Shown in pieces: positions 1-8,879 of a stretch of 64,000 bases of DNA. The notes beneath the pieces were generated by a model that saw only the letters and a program-made list of their open reading frames with translations, ran no database searches and was not told where the DNA came from. Made by a program: the position numbers and the translations under genes. Location: contig CAXXTU010000002.1 in the NCBI GenBank assembly GCA_963662655.2, forward strand, positions 2,720,001 through 2,784,000, written 5' to 3'. Position 1 is the stretch's first letter, and every line of letters begins with the position of its first letter. This stretch comes from Candidatus Cloacimonadales bacterium. GTDB lineage: Bacteria; Cloacimonadota; Cloacimonadia; Cloacimonadales; JAIOQZ01.

Positions 1-603
1 ATCGAATACGCGGGATTCCAGTTGAAACGTGGCGTCGGATGTCGCGAAGGATATTGCGGGGCTTGCGGTACGATCTACCGCGAAGCCGGAGATTACAAAC
101 TCAAGGGCGGCCTGGCGTGTCAGACTGTTGTAACGGACGGAATGGCGATTGCCCAGATTCCGTTTGTCCCGGCGGAGAAGCCCATCTATGACATCGCGGA
201 ACTAACGCCAGACGAGGACACGTTCCAGAAATTGTTCCCCACCGTCTTCCGGTGTGTCGCCTGCAACACCTGCACCAAGGCGTGTCCGCAGGAAATTCAG
301 GTGATGGACTACATTCAAGCACTGATTCGAGGCAATATCGCCCGAGCCGCGGACCTCTCGTTCGACTGCATCCGGTGCGGACTCTGCGCGCTGCGCTGCC
401 CGGCGGAAATCGTCCAGTACAACGCCGCGATCCTTGCCCAGAGGCTATACGCCCGATACCTTTCTCCCAAGCACCCGCAACTGGAAATCCGCATCGATGA
501 GATTGCGCAAGGAAAGTACGACCCCGAGTTTGAAGAGATGATGTCCGACACGAGAGAAAATCTGGCGAAGAAATACTACAGTCGCGAAATAAAACTCGGT
601 TAG
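1..603 (+). CDS. Fumarate reductase/succinate dehydrogenase-like iron-sulfur subunit, 5' end outside window
   Basis: CREGYCGAC 2Fe-2S motif and two CxxCxxCxxxCP 4Fe-4S motifs. The frame is open from base 1 and the gene is directly upstream of a flavoprotein subunit. Confidence 0.85.
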   Translation: MEYAGFQLKRGVGCREGYCGACGTIYREAGDYKLKGGLACQTVVTDGMAIAQIPFVPAEKPIYDIAELTPDEDTFQKLFPTVFRCVACNTCTKACPQEIQVMDYIQALIRGNIARAADLSFDCIRCGLCALRCPAEIVQYNAAILAQRLYARYLSPKHPQLEIRIDEIAQGKYDPEFEEMMSDTRENLAKKYYSREIKLG

Positions 604-639
604 ACCTTAACACGCTTAGATATTAGCAGGAGCAAAAGA

Positions 640-2313
640 ATGTACCCTGAATATATGATGGAATCCATTAAAAAGGTGGAGAAGACACGCCCCAAACGCC
701 TGGAGCTGGCGAAAAAGTATGGGAAGCAGGTCTATCCGCCCATGAGCGAATCAGATAGAGAAGAGATTCTCAGCAAGTTTCATCCCGATTATAAAGAAGA
801 ATCCCGCCGTGTAATCCGCATGGGGCCGAATAAAGGCGAGAAGGTGACCACCGAGATCGCCGACCTTCTCGAGTCCTACGCGCGCATCGATCCCGATATC
901 ATCGATCTCGAGAATATCACCGAGGAGACGGACGTGCTGGTCATCGGCGCCGGCTCCGCGGGACTTGCCGCCGCGCTCGAAGCGGAAGCCGCCGGCGCGA
1001 ACGTGACCATCGTCACCAAGTTGCGTCTGGGCGATTCCAATTCCATGATGGCGCAGGGAGGCATCCAGGCAGCGGATCAGGTGGACGACACTCCGACGCT
1101 GCACTACCTCGACGTGATGGGTGGCGGTCATTTCGACAACAAACCGGAGCTGGTGGAAGCGCTGGTCAAGGATGCCCCGCCGTCGATCAAATGGCTGGAA
1201 GACCTAGGCGTGATGTTCGACAAGAACGAGGACGGCACCATGCTGGTCAAGCCCGGCGGCGGAACCTGCCGTAGCCGCATGCACTCCGCACGCGACTACA
1301 CCGGCGCTGCGATCTGCAAGGTGCTGCGAGATGAAGTCTACAACCGCCCCGAGCGGATCAAATACATCGAATACACCGCCGTGATCGAATTGATCATGGA
1401 CGACAAGGGCCAGGCTGCCGGCGCAGTGATGTTCCACCTCGAGAACAAACAATTCACCACCATCCGCGCGAAGTCGATCATCATCGCCACAGGCGGGTTC
1501 GGTCGCCTGCACATACGTGGATTCGAGACAACCAACCACTACGGCGCTACCGCAGACGGACTGGTGCTCGGTTATCGAGCCGGCGCGAAGCTGTTGTTCA
1601 TGGATTCCGTACAGTATCACCCGACCGGCGCGGTTTACCCCGAGCAGATTCTCGGATTCCTCTGCACCGAAAAGATACGCTCGTTGGGCGCGCAGCCAGT
1701 CAACAACGAGGGCGAACTATTCGTCTATCCGCTCGAACCGCGCGACATCGAGGCTTCCGCCTTCATCCGCGAGTGCCTCGAGCGCGACCTCGGCGTCAAG
1801 ACGCCTTCGGGGCTCTACGGCATCTGGCTCGATTCACCGCTGATCGAGGAGCTCAGCGGACCGGGTACCATCGAACGCAATCTTCCCGCCATGCTGCGAC
1901 AGTACAAGCGCTTCGACATCGACATCACCAAATACCCCATGCTGGTCTACCCCACGCTGCACTACCAGAACGGAGGTCTGGAGATCAACGATAAATCGGA
2001 GACCACGATCCCCGGATTGTACGTAGCCGGAGAAGCCAGCGGCGGCGTTCACGGGCGCAACAGGCTGATGGGCAATTCCCAGCTCGACATCATCGTATTT
2101 GGTCGCCGCGCAGGAATTAACGCCGCGAAACGCGCCAGAACGGATGTGATGCACGGAGCGCTGACGCTCGATCACGTTCACAGTTACAACAAAGAAGCCG
2201 AAGATTTGGGTATTGACAGAAAAACCGTGTCCCCGATGGTTTTGCCTGACTATATCCCCGATCATGTCAAAGCGAAACAGCTTACCGCACATTACGAGGG
2301 AACCATACTTTGA
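640..2313 (+). CDS. FAD-binding fumarate reductase/succinate dehydrogenase flavoprotein subunit
   Basis: GAGSAG Rossmann motif plus SMMAQGGI, QYHPT, HYQNGG and HGRNRLMGNS motifs of the SdhA/FrdA/NadB family. Confidence 0.9.
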   Translation: MYPEYMMESIKKVEKTRPKRLELAKKYGKQVYPPMSESDREEILSKFHPDYKEESRRVIRMGPNKGEKVTTEIADLLESYARIDPDIIDLENITEETDVLVIGAGSAGLAAALEAEAAGANVTIVTKLRLGDSNSMMAQGGIQAADQVDDTPTLHYLDVMGGGHFDNKPELVEALVKDAPPSIKWLEDLGVMFDKNEDGTMLVKPGGGTCRSRMHSARDYTGAAICKVLRDEVYNRPERIKYIEYTAVIELIMDDKGQAAGAVMFHLENKQFTTIRAKSIIIATGGFGRLHIRGFETTNHYGATADGLVLGYRAGAKLLFMDSVQYHPTGAVYPEQILGFLCTEKIRSLGAQPVNNEGELFVYPLEPRDIEASAFIRECLERDLGVKTPSGLYGIWLDSPLIEELSGPGTIERNLPAMLRQYKRFDIDITKYPMLVYPTLHYQNGGLEINDKSETTIPGLYVAGEASGGVHGRNRLMGNSQLDIIVFGRRAGINAAKRARTDVMHGALTLDHVHSYNKEAEDLGIDRKTVSPMVLPDYIPDHVKAKQLTAHYEGTIL

Positions 2314-2332
2314 TAGCAAAAAGGAGCTATAG

Positions 2333-3787
2333 ATGAAGAAGTTGAATATCAGCCTCGATAATCTCAACGATGTTTTTCCCGACGACTTTTCACAGGAACA
2401 GATCGCGAAGGGCAAAACCCTTTTATTGAAGAAACTGGCGGAATTGATGCACCACCATTACGGCGGAAAGATGCAGACCGTTCCCAAAGCCGGTGTTTTC
2501 GGCTTCAACTGGTTCAACGTATGGTACACGCCGGGGGTATCGAAGGTCTCGACAACCATCCGCGACGACAACGAAACCTCCTTCGATCTCTCCAACCGCG
2601 GCAACCTCGTGGCGGTGGTGAGCGATTCCACCCGCGTTCTGGGTGACGGCGACTGCACCCCTCCAGGCGGACTGGGCGTGATGGAAGGAAAAGCGTTCCT
2701 GATGAAATACCTCGGAGGCGTGGACGCGACAGCGCTCTGCATCGACAGCCGCAACGAGAAAGGCGAGAAGGTGCCGGAAACGATCATCGAGTTCGTCAGG
2801 CGCTGCCAGCACAGCTTCGGCGCGGTGAATCTCGAGGACATCTCGCAGCCCAACTGCTACAAGGTGCTCGACGTCCTGCGCGAGGAGTGCGACATCCCCG
2901 TGTGGCACGACGACGCGCAGGGAACCGCCTGCGTGACGCTCGCCGGGCTCATCAACGCCGTCAAGCTGGCCGGAAAGAAGATGGAGGACGTGAGAATCGT
3001 GTTCATGGGCGCGGGAGCTTCCAATACGACGATCGCGCGCATTATCATCGCAGCCGGCGGCAACCCGAAAAACATGATCATGTTCGATTCGAAGGGGTCC
3101 CTCAACAAGGATCGCGAGGATATCAAGGCCGATCATCGTTTCTATCGCAAATGGGAGCTGTGCGAGAGCACCAACCCGAAGAAGATCAACGATTTCGGCG
3201 AAGCGATGAAGGGGGCGGATGTCCTCATTACATTATCAAAGCCCGGTCCGGACAGGATCAAAAAAGAATGGATCCATTCCATGGCGCCGAAGTCAATCAT
3301 CTTCGCCTGCGCGAACCCCGTACCGGAGATATACCCCTACGCCGCGAAGGAAGCCGGCGCGTTCATCGTGGCGACCGGTCGCGGAGACTTCGCCAACCAG
3401 GTCAACAACTCGCTTGGATTCCCGGGAATCCTCAAGGGCGCACTCATGGTTCGCAGCCGGAAAGTCACCGACGAGATGGCGATCGCCGCAGCAAACTCCC
3501 TGGCGAACTATGCCGAGAAGAAGGGCATTCATCCCGAATATATCATCCCGACGATGGACGAAGCGGACGTATTCCCGCACGAGGCGGCAGATGTGGCGAT
3601 GCAGGCGATCAAGGACGGTGTCGCGCGGATCACCATGACCCGTGAGGAGGCTTTTGCCCAGGCGGAAAAGGATATCCGCTATGCCCGTGACCTGACGGAT
3701 AATATGATGAAGAACGGATTCATCGGCAAAGCGCCGCAAGAACTTCTCGATCAGGCGCTTGCTCATGCGATAAATGAGTTAAATTAG
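2333..3787 (+). CDS. NAD(P)-dependent malic enzyme
   Basis: YTPGVS, VMEGKA, NLEDI, HDDAQGT, GAGAS, ANPVPEI and NQVNNSLGFPG motifs. Confidence 0.93.
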   Translation: MKKLNISLDNLNDVFPDDFSQEQIAKGKTLLLKKLAELMHHHYGGKMQTVPKAGVFGFNWFNVWYTPGVSKVSTTIRDDNETSFDLSNRGNLVAVVSDSTRVLGDGDCTPPGGLGVMEGKAFLMKYLGGVDATALCIDSRNEKGEKVPETIIEFVRRCQHSFGAVNLEDISQPNCYKVLDVLREECDIPVWHDDAQGTACVTLAGLINAVKLAGKKMEDVRIVFMGAGASNTTIARIIIAAGGNPKNMIMFDSKGSLNKDREDIKADHRFYRKWELCESTNPKKINDFGEAMKGADVLITLSKPGPDRIKKEWIHSMAPKSIIFACANPVPEIYPYAAKEAGAFIVATGRGDFANQVNNSLGFPGILKGALMVRSRKVTDEMAIAAANSLANYAEKKGIHPEYIIPTMDEADVFPHEAADVAMQAIKDGVARITMTREEAFAQAEKDIRYARDLTDNMMKNGFIGKAPQELLDQALAHAINELN

Positions 3788-3891
3788 TGGATAATTTTAA
3801 GCGGTATGGTTACTCTTGTCCCGTCCTGAAATAGGTTGACCGTTGTGTCAAAGGAGGCTCAGGTATGGGACAATCGGGCGGAATGGATAAC

Positions 3892-4025
3892 TGCCGTCAC
3901 TGGAAGGAAAGACTGCCGTCACTTGCAACTTGGAAGAATGACTGCATGAATGTGTTTGATGGTGCGAGAGATAAGGGCATTTCCTGTCACTTCTACTTGT
4001 GGAATTAAGGAAATCATGCTGTCAC
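3892..4025 (+). repeat. Diverged direct copy of the prophage right-end region (remnant of an older related element)
   Basis: Ungapped manual alignment to 38716-38849 gives 12 mismatches in 134 bp. Confidence 0.92.
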
Positions 4026-4048
4026 TGTAAGTTGACACCCTTCTTTCC
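4026..4048 (-). promoter_or_regulatory. Left-end terminal transposase-binding site
   Basis: Reverse complement GGAAAGAAGGGTGTCAACTTACA resembles the right-end unit GGAAAATGAAGGTGTCACTTTACA. Confidence 0.7.
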
Positions 4049-4052
4049 ATCT

Positions 4053-4437
4053 TGCAAAAACGATTCTCTCTTTTGATATGTGATTGAATTGACGTTGCTT
4101 GCGCGTATTTTCAGAGCGTTTTTGCACTTTTTCCATTTACGGGTTTCTGCGGGAGGGTTCTTCCACTTCGGGTTCATCTTTGCAGGAGTTTTACGGCTCT
4201 CATCGCTGGCGCAACTCGCTCTATCTGTTTAGCTTAGAAACCGCTTGCGCGTACTGGCTCAATCGTGTTCGCCCCAAGCGTCGCGTTTTTGCGTTTTTAC
4301 GCTTTTTCGCTTTTGCACTTCAGGCGTTTTTGCGGCCCGTGTGCAAAAACGAGCGCTAAAACGTGAAAATACGAGTGGAAAAACGATCTGCAAAAACGAC
4401 GCCTGAGAAAACGAGGTGAAAAAACGCGCGAAAACGC
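4053..4437. repeat. GCAAAAACG/CGTTTTTGC motif cluster with dense T- and A-tracts in the left-end region
   Basis: TGCAAAAACG at 4053, 4342 and 4389; CGTTTTTGC at 4117, 4284 and 4325; many additional AAAACG/CGTTTT variants. Confidence 0.75.
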
Positions 4438-4440
4438 TAC

Positions 4441-5241
4441 CTACTTCGCATAGTTGAAAACGCGAAACTGCATGGCCATCTCGCCGATGATCTGGAAACG
4501 CGTCAGTTCTTCATCCTCGAGGACGAGGGTTTCGTAGTCTGAATTGAAAGGCTTCAGCAGCACCTGCCGCTTCACCGGATTGTACTGCACCTTCTTGAGG
4601 GTGATGCCGTCCGAGGTGCGAACCGCGCAGACGCGTCGATCGAGGTTGTCCCAGTCGGTGCGTTGGTGAATGACCACGATGTCCCCGTGGTTGATGCGCG
4701 GCTTCATGCTGTCGCCATTGACTCGTAATGCGCAGTAGGAGTCGTGGCGGTCACGCAGAAAGGCCTTCGGGATTTCGATGTAGTCCCAGTCCGTGGTAAC
4801 GTTGTTCTCCATCGGTTCGCCTGCGGCAATCTCTCCCATCAGCGGCAAGGTGATGTTGCGCGTCTCGAAGGGCGAGAGTGGAGCCTTTGCGCCATTGCCG
4901 CTCATCTCCTCGAGCTTCTCCGTGCGACCGTTGGTCACCAGACTGCCGTCCTCGACGTGGAGAAACATATCGCCCTTGCCGGTGATGAGCCAGTTGAGGT
5001 TGACGTTGTACTCTTCGCTTATTCGAGCCAACGCTGTCGACGACGGCTTGCTCGGTTTCTTGTCGTTGATCCAGTCGGACACATTGCCCTGTGTGACGTG
5101 GATTCTCTTCGCAAACTCTGAACGCTTTATTCCAAGCGCATTTACCAGCAATTCCAAGCGTTTTCGCATCTCCATTTCATACTCCCGCACAGCTAAATTC
5201 TGCGATTTCAGGAACCTGCCACGTGGAGTCGATTGAGCCAT
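4441..5241 (-). CDS. Prophage repressor, XRE HTH plus S24 (LexA/CI-like) autopeptidase
   Basis: N-terminal HTH (EFAKRIHVTQGNVSDW), Ala-Gly site IAAGEP, catalytic GDSM and TLKK. Divergent from the ner-like gene. Start uncertain (5241 or 5180). Confidence 0.9.
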   Translation of the reverse strand: MAQSTPRGRFLKSQNLAVREYEMEMRKRLELLVNALGIKRSEFAKRIHVTQGNVSDWINDKKPSKPSSTALARISEEYNVNLNWLITGKGDMFLHVEDGSLVTNGRTEKLEEMSGNGAKAPLSPFETRNITLPLMGEIAAGEPMENNVTTDWDYIEIPKAFLRDRHDSYCALRVNGDSMKPRINHGDIVVIHQRTDWDNLDRRVCAVRTSDGITLKKVQYNPVKRQVLLKPFNSDYETLVLEDEELTRFQIIGEMAMQFRVFNYAK

Positions 5242-5242
5242 C

Positions 5243-5285
5243 AATTGACACCATTTTGTCTTTCAAGTGACGGCAGTTTTTCCTT
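5243..5285 (-). promoter_or_regulatory. Operator/enhancer-like region between repressor and ner containing end-type binding sites
   Basis: 5264-5285 is an exact 22-bp inverted copy of 38580-38601. 5245-5260 resembles the left-end site. TTGACA (5245) and TTGACG (5284) -35-like hexamers overlap these sites. Confidence 0.7.
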
Positions 5286-5374
5286 GACGAATTCGCATTT
5301 ACATAGCTTCTTAGCTTCGAGAATGAGAATCTTGCAACAACGCGAAGTTGTCAATGATAATTTGGGAGGTAGCC

Positions 5375-5605
5375 ATGAAACTAAACTACACAGGCCCAGA
5401 GATAAAGGCCGCTCTTGCGCTCAAAGAGCTGTCCACCATTGGCGTTGCGAGGGATATGGATGTCTCGCGCAGGGCGCTGGATTATTTCATCAAAGGACAA
5501 ATGAGTATGCGGCGAGGCGAGGAATTCCTTGCGAAATTGCAACCGGAACTCGACGAAATTCACAAGATTAGCAAGAAGCGGTTCAGAAATGCGAACCGAG
5601 ACTGA
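5375..5605 (+). CDS. Ner/Cro-like small HTH regulator
   Basis: GGAGG RBS; EIKAAL...VARDMDVSRRALDYFIKG HTH; lies between repressor and transposase as in Mu. Confidence 0.75.
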   Translation: MKLNYTGPEIKAALALKELSTIGVARDMDVSRRALDYFIKGQMSMRRGEEFLAKLQPELDEIHKISKKRFRNANRD

Positions 5606-7619
5606 CTTTCCCCGCAACGAGTTAACGATCGAGGGGATTCAAGATCGCTTCGGTGTGAGTACTGCTTCGGCTTATCGGCTGACCAAGAAGAAGGGCTGGG
5701 AGTACGTGTCGCAGGTTCTGGAGGGCGGCGGACGCCGCAAGGTGTTTTTGGTGCCGGAGCAGGACATCCCCGGCAGGAAGAAGCCCAAGAAGGCGAAGAA
5801 AGTCGCTGCTGTGAAGGTGGCGAAGACCGAGCCTGCGCCAGCTCCCGCGATCTGCGAGCAAGCCGACGATCTGCCCGACCTGACGCCGGTGGCGAGGATT
5901 CCCGAACACGAGCTCCATAGGGCGCAACTGAAGGCCGAACTCTGCGAGAAGGTGTTGCAGCTCATCTCGGAGAACGGGGTGCAGAAAACCGCGATTGCCG
6001 ACGTACTCGCCGCCTACAACACCGGACTGCTCATCCCCGACCTCTACAAGCTGGAGGGTGAACGCAACGAGCGGACGCTCCGCAACTGGCTGAAGAACTA
6101 CGAGGAGAGCGGACGCGATTTCAAGTGCCTGGTTCGGATGGCGCGGGTGTCGAACAAGAAGAAGGCGACCGAACAGGAGCAGAACTTCCTTTTGCACATG
6201 CTGCTGGATACGAACCGGGTGAAGATCGGCACGGCGATCCGCAAGCTGAAGCAGCTCTCGCGGGTCGGGGTGGTCGAGTCGCCAACCAGTAGCCGCGCGT
6301 TGCGACGCTGGTGCGAGACGTGGCGGCAACAGCATATCCAGCAGTGGAGCCTGCTCCGCAAAGGCGGCAAGCACGCCAAGGACAACATGCTGCCGACACT
6401 GCTACGAGAAGAAACGCTTCGCGTCGGTGACGTGTGGGTGGCGGACGGTCACAAGTTAGCGTTCGATATCATCGATCCCAAAACGGGCAGACCGAAGCGG
6501 ATGATGCTGATCCTGTTCTTCGACTGGGGCAGTCGCTATCCGGTGGGCGCGTCCATCGCCAACACCGAGGACTCGGAGCATATCCTGCTCGCGCTCCGCA
6601 ACGGCATCCTGCACTGGGGTGGCAGACCGCGCTTCGTCTATCTGGACAACGGCAAGGCGTTCAAGGCGAAGCTGTTTCACGACAACTGGGAGAAGCACGA
6701 CCTCGAGAACGAGCTGTGCGGCGTGTTTCCGCGACTCGACATCGGCGTGGAGTTCGCCAGAGCCTACAACGCCAGAGCCAAGGTGGTGGAGCGGTTCTTC
6801 AAGACGTTTCAGGAGGACTTCGAGCGGTTCATGGAAACGTTTCGCGGCGGCTCCATCGCGGACCGACCGGCGTATCTGAATCGCAACGAGGAATGGGTGC
6901 GCAAGCTCAAGAAGCGCGAAGCCCTCGACATCGATCAAGCGAAAGCGCTCATCGGCTTCTACTTCCAGGAGCTGTACGGTCGCACGCCGCACGGTGGACT
7001 GAATGGCAAGAAGCCGTTCGAGCTGTTCAAGGCCAATCCCGCGCCGGAAGACCGCCGCATCGACGCCAGCGAGCTGAACTTCCTGATGCTCAAGGCTGAC
7101 AGCCGCAAGGTCGGCAACAACGGCATCCGGCTCAACAACGCCCTTTACTGGCACGACGAGATGGTCAGGCACGTCGGCAAGCGGCTCCGCATCCGTTACG
7201 ACATCATGGACATGCGCTCGATCCTTCTGTTCGACGAGACCGACCGCTTCATCTGTCAGGCGGCGTTGCGGAAACTGACCCATCCATTCGTCCAGATCGC
7301 AGGCGACGAAGCACTCGCCGAGAAGGACTTGAAGCGGCAACTCGCCCACCAGCGCAAGCTCGAAAGCGACGTCAAGACCAAGTCGGCCATTCTGCGCAAG
7401 CAAGTCGACGAGGCTGTGTCGTCCCTGCCGCTGCCGCAACTGCCTGCCGCTTCGGGAAGCTTCAACAACCAGCCGCTGCTCGAGCAGGGCGAAACGCCCA
7501 GTCCACACGAGGAAGCCATCGAAGTCACTTATCAAGCCGACGCTTCCACCGTCGAGCCTGCGGAGAAGGACGACCCGCTCAAGAAGCTCGATTCGCTATT
7601 TGAAAACTTAGGATTATAG
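5589..7619 (+). CDS. MuA-type DDE transposase
   Basis: N-terminal Mu-HTH-like segment (KKGWEY...GGGRRKVF), DDE triad VADGH / LDNGKAF / KVVERFF, and a Mu transposase C-terminal-like region. The ATG at 5589 overlaps the end of ner. Confidence 0.93.
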   Translation: MRTETDFPRNELTIEGIQDRFGVSTASAYRLTKKKGWEYVSQVLEGGGRRKVFLVPEQDIPGRKKPKKAKKVAAVKVAKTEPAPAPAICEQADDLPDLTPVARIPEHELHRAQLKAELCEKVLQLISENGVQKTAIADVLAAYNTGLLIPDLYKLEGERNERTLRNWLKNYEESGRDFKCLVRMARVSNKKKATEQEQNFLLHMLLDTNRVKIGTAIRKLKQLSRVGVVESPTSSRALRRWCETWRQQHIQQWSLLRKGGKHAKDNMLPTLLREETLRVGDVWVADGHKLAFDIIDPKTGRPKRMMLILFFDWGSRYPVGASIANTEDSEHILLALRNGILHWGGRPRFVYLDNGKAFKAKLFHDNWEKHDLENELCGVFPRLDIGVEFARAYNARAKVVERFFKTFQEDFERFMETFRGGSIADRPAYLNRNEEWVRKLKKREALDIDQAKALIGFYFQELYGRTPHGGLNGKKPFELFKANPAPEDRRIDASELNFLMLKADSRKVGNNGIRLNNALYWHDEMVRHVGKRLRIRYDIMDMRSILLFDETDRFICQAALRKLTHPFVQIAGDEALAEKDLKRQLAHQRKLESDVKTKSAILRKQVDEAVSSLPLPQLPAASGSFNNQPLLEQGETPSPHEEAIEVTYQADASTVEPAEKDDPLKKLDSLFENLGL

Positions 7620-7628
7620 GAGGATACA

Positions 7629-8351
7629 ATGAAGGAACTATCGCTGGTTCGCACCCAGAACGTTCGCGAGGCCGAGAAGATGATCAGCTATCTACTCAAC
7701 CGCCCCAAGACCGAGATGGTCGGACTTGGATTGATCTACGGTCAGCCCGGGTTGGGCAAGAGCCGTTTCGCAAGGCAGACAGCCATCCGCGACGACTACA
7801 TCTACATGCGGCTGGAGTCGACCATGACCGCGAAATCGTTTTCCATCCGGCTGCTCGAGCTGGTGCAGTACCACTTCGGCATGACCAAGACCAGACCGCG
7901 CGGCACTACGAACGACATCTTCAACACGGTGATCAACATCCTGCGTATACACGACAACACGGTCATCGTCATCGATGAAATCGACTACGCCTTCAAGATG
8001 CGCAAGCTGCTCGGAGCCATCCGCGACATCGTGGACGAGACGCTCTCGGTGGTGATCCTCGTCGGCATGGCGGACGCGCGCGACCGACTTCTGCTGGCCG
8101 ATTCGCACTACTTCGACCGCTGCAACTTCTTCTGCGAGTTCAAGGAACTGGGCAGGGACGACATCCAGCAGATCTGCGACGAAGTGGCTTCGGTCAAGCT
8201 CAGCGGCGACATCGTGAAGTACCTGCACGGCAAGACCAAGGGCAACATCCGCAAGCTGGTCAAGTCGCTCTACTCCATCGAGGGCATCGCGCGCGAGCTG
8301 GACGTGGACGAGTTCGGTCTCGAGCACCTGCAGCAAGCCAAGATCGCGTAG
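7629..8351 (+). CDS. MuB/TnsC-like AAA+ transposition ATPase
   Basis: Walker A GQPGLGKS, Walker B IVIDEID; directly follows the transposase; only 240 aa. Confidence 0.9.
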   Translation: MKELSLVRTQNVREAEKMISYLLNRPKTEMVGLGLIYGQPGLGKSRFARQTAIRDDYIYMRLESTMTAKSFSIRLLELVQYHFGMTKTRPRGTTNDIFNTVINILRIHDNTVIVIDEIDYAFKMRKLLGAIRDIVDETLSVVILVGMADARDRLLLADSHYFDRCNFFCEFKELGRDDIQQICDEVASVKLSGDIVKYLHGKTKGNIRKLVKSLYSIEGIARELDVDEFGLEHLQQAKIA

Positions 8352-8360
8352 GAGGCGGCA

Positions 8361-8870
8361 GTGGATTGTGGAAAGACACGCGCCATACGCAACTTCATCG
8401 AGTACTCCACCCGTCCGTTCACGGCGGAGACGGTCAGTCAGGAAACGGGGCTGGAGCTCAGCTACGTGAAGAAGATTCTGCAGTTTCTCAGGGACACGCA
8501 GGTCGTGCAGGTCATATCGAAGGAAGGCAAGTGGAATATCTACGTCAAGGACACCACCCCCGATGACGAGAAGCCGCTGAACCGCTACGGCTACCAGAAG
8601 GACTTCATGAAGCGCATCATGATCGAGCTGATCAACAACCATCACACCAGCCAGCGGGAGCTTGGCGAAAGCGTCGGCCTCTCGCGCGACAAGCTGGTGT
8701 ACTACTTCGCCGCGATGGTCTCGGCGGGGGTGATAGGGATTCGGGACGGACAGTACGTGGTGACCGATTCGGGGAATATCGGAGCGGTCGGCATGGACGT
8801 GGACTCGAAGATTGTCCGGAAACTGAGAAAACGAGCCAGTCAGACGCCCGGTGTGGCGGTGACGGCGTAA
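8361..8870 (+). CDS. Putative DNA-binding protein with two winged-HTH-like segments
   Basis: PFTAETVSQETGLELSYVKKILQFL and TSQRELGESVGLSRDKLVYYFAAMVSAGVI segments; GGAGG RBS before a GTG start. Confidence 0.65.
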   Translation: MDCGKTRAIRNFIEYSTRPFTAETVSQETGLELSYVKKILQFLRDTQVVQVISKEGKWNIYVKDTTPDDEKPLNRYGYQKDFMKRIMIELINNHHTSQRELGESVGLSRDKLVYYFAAMVSAGVIGIRDGQYVVTDSGNIGAVGMDVDSKIVRKLRKRASQTPGVAVTA

Positions 8871-8879
8871 GGAGCATAC

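Noticed and set aside
4099..4359. 86-aa ORF in the left-end region
   Set aside because: Low-complexity translation of the T-tract repeats, with a TTG start and no RBS.
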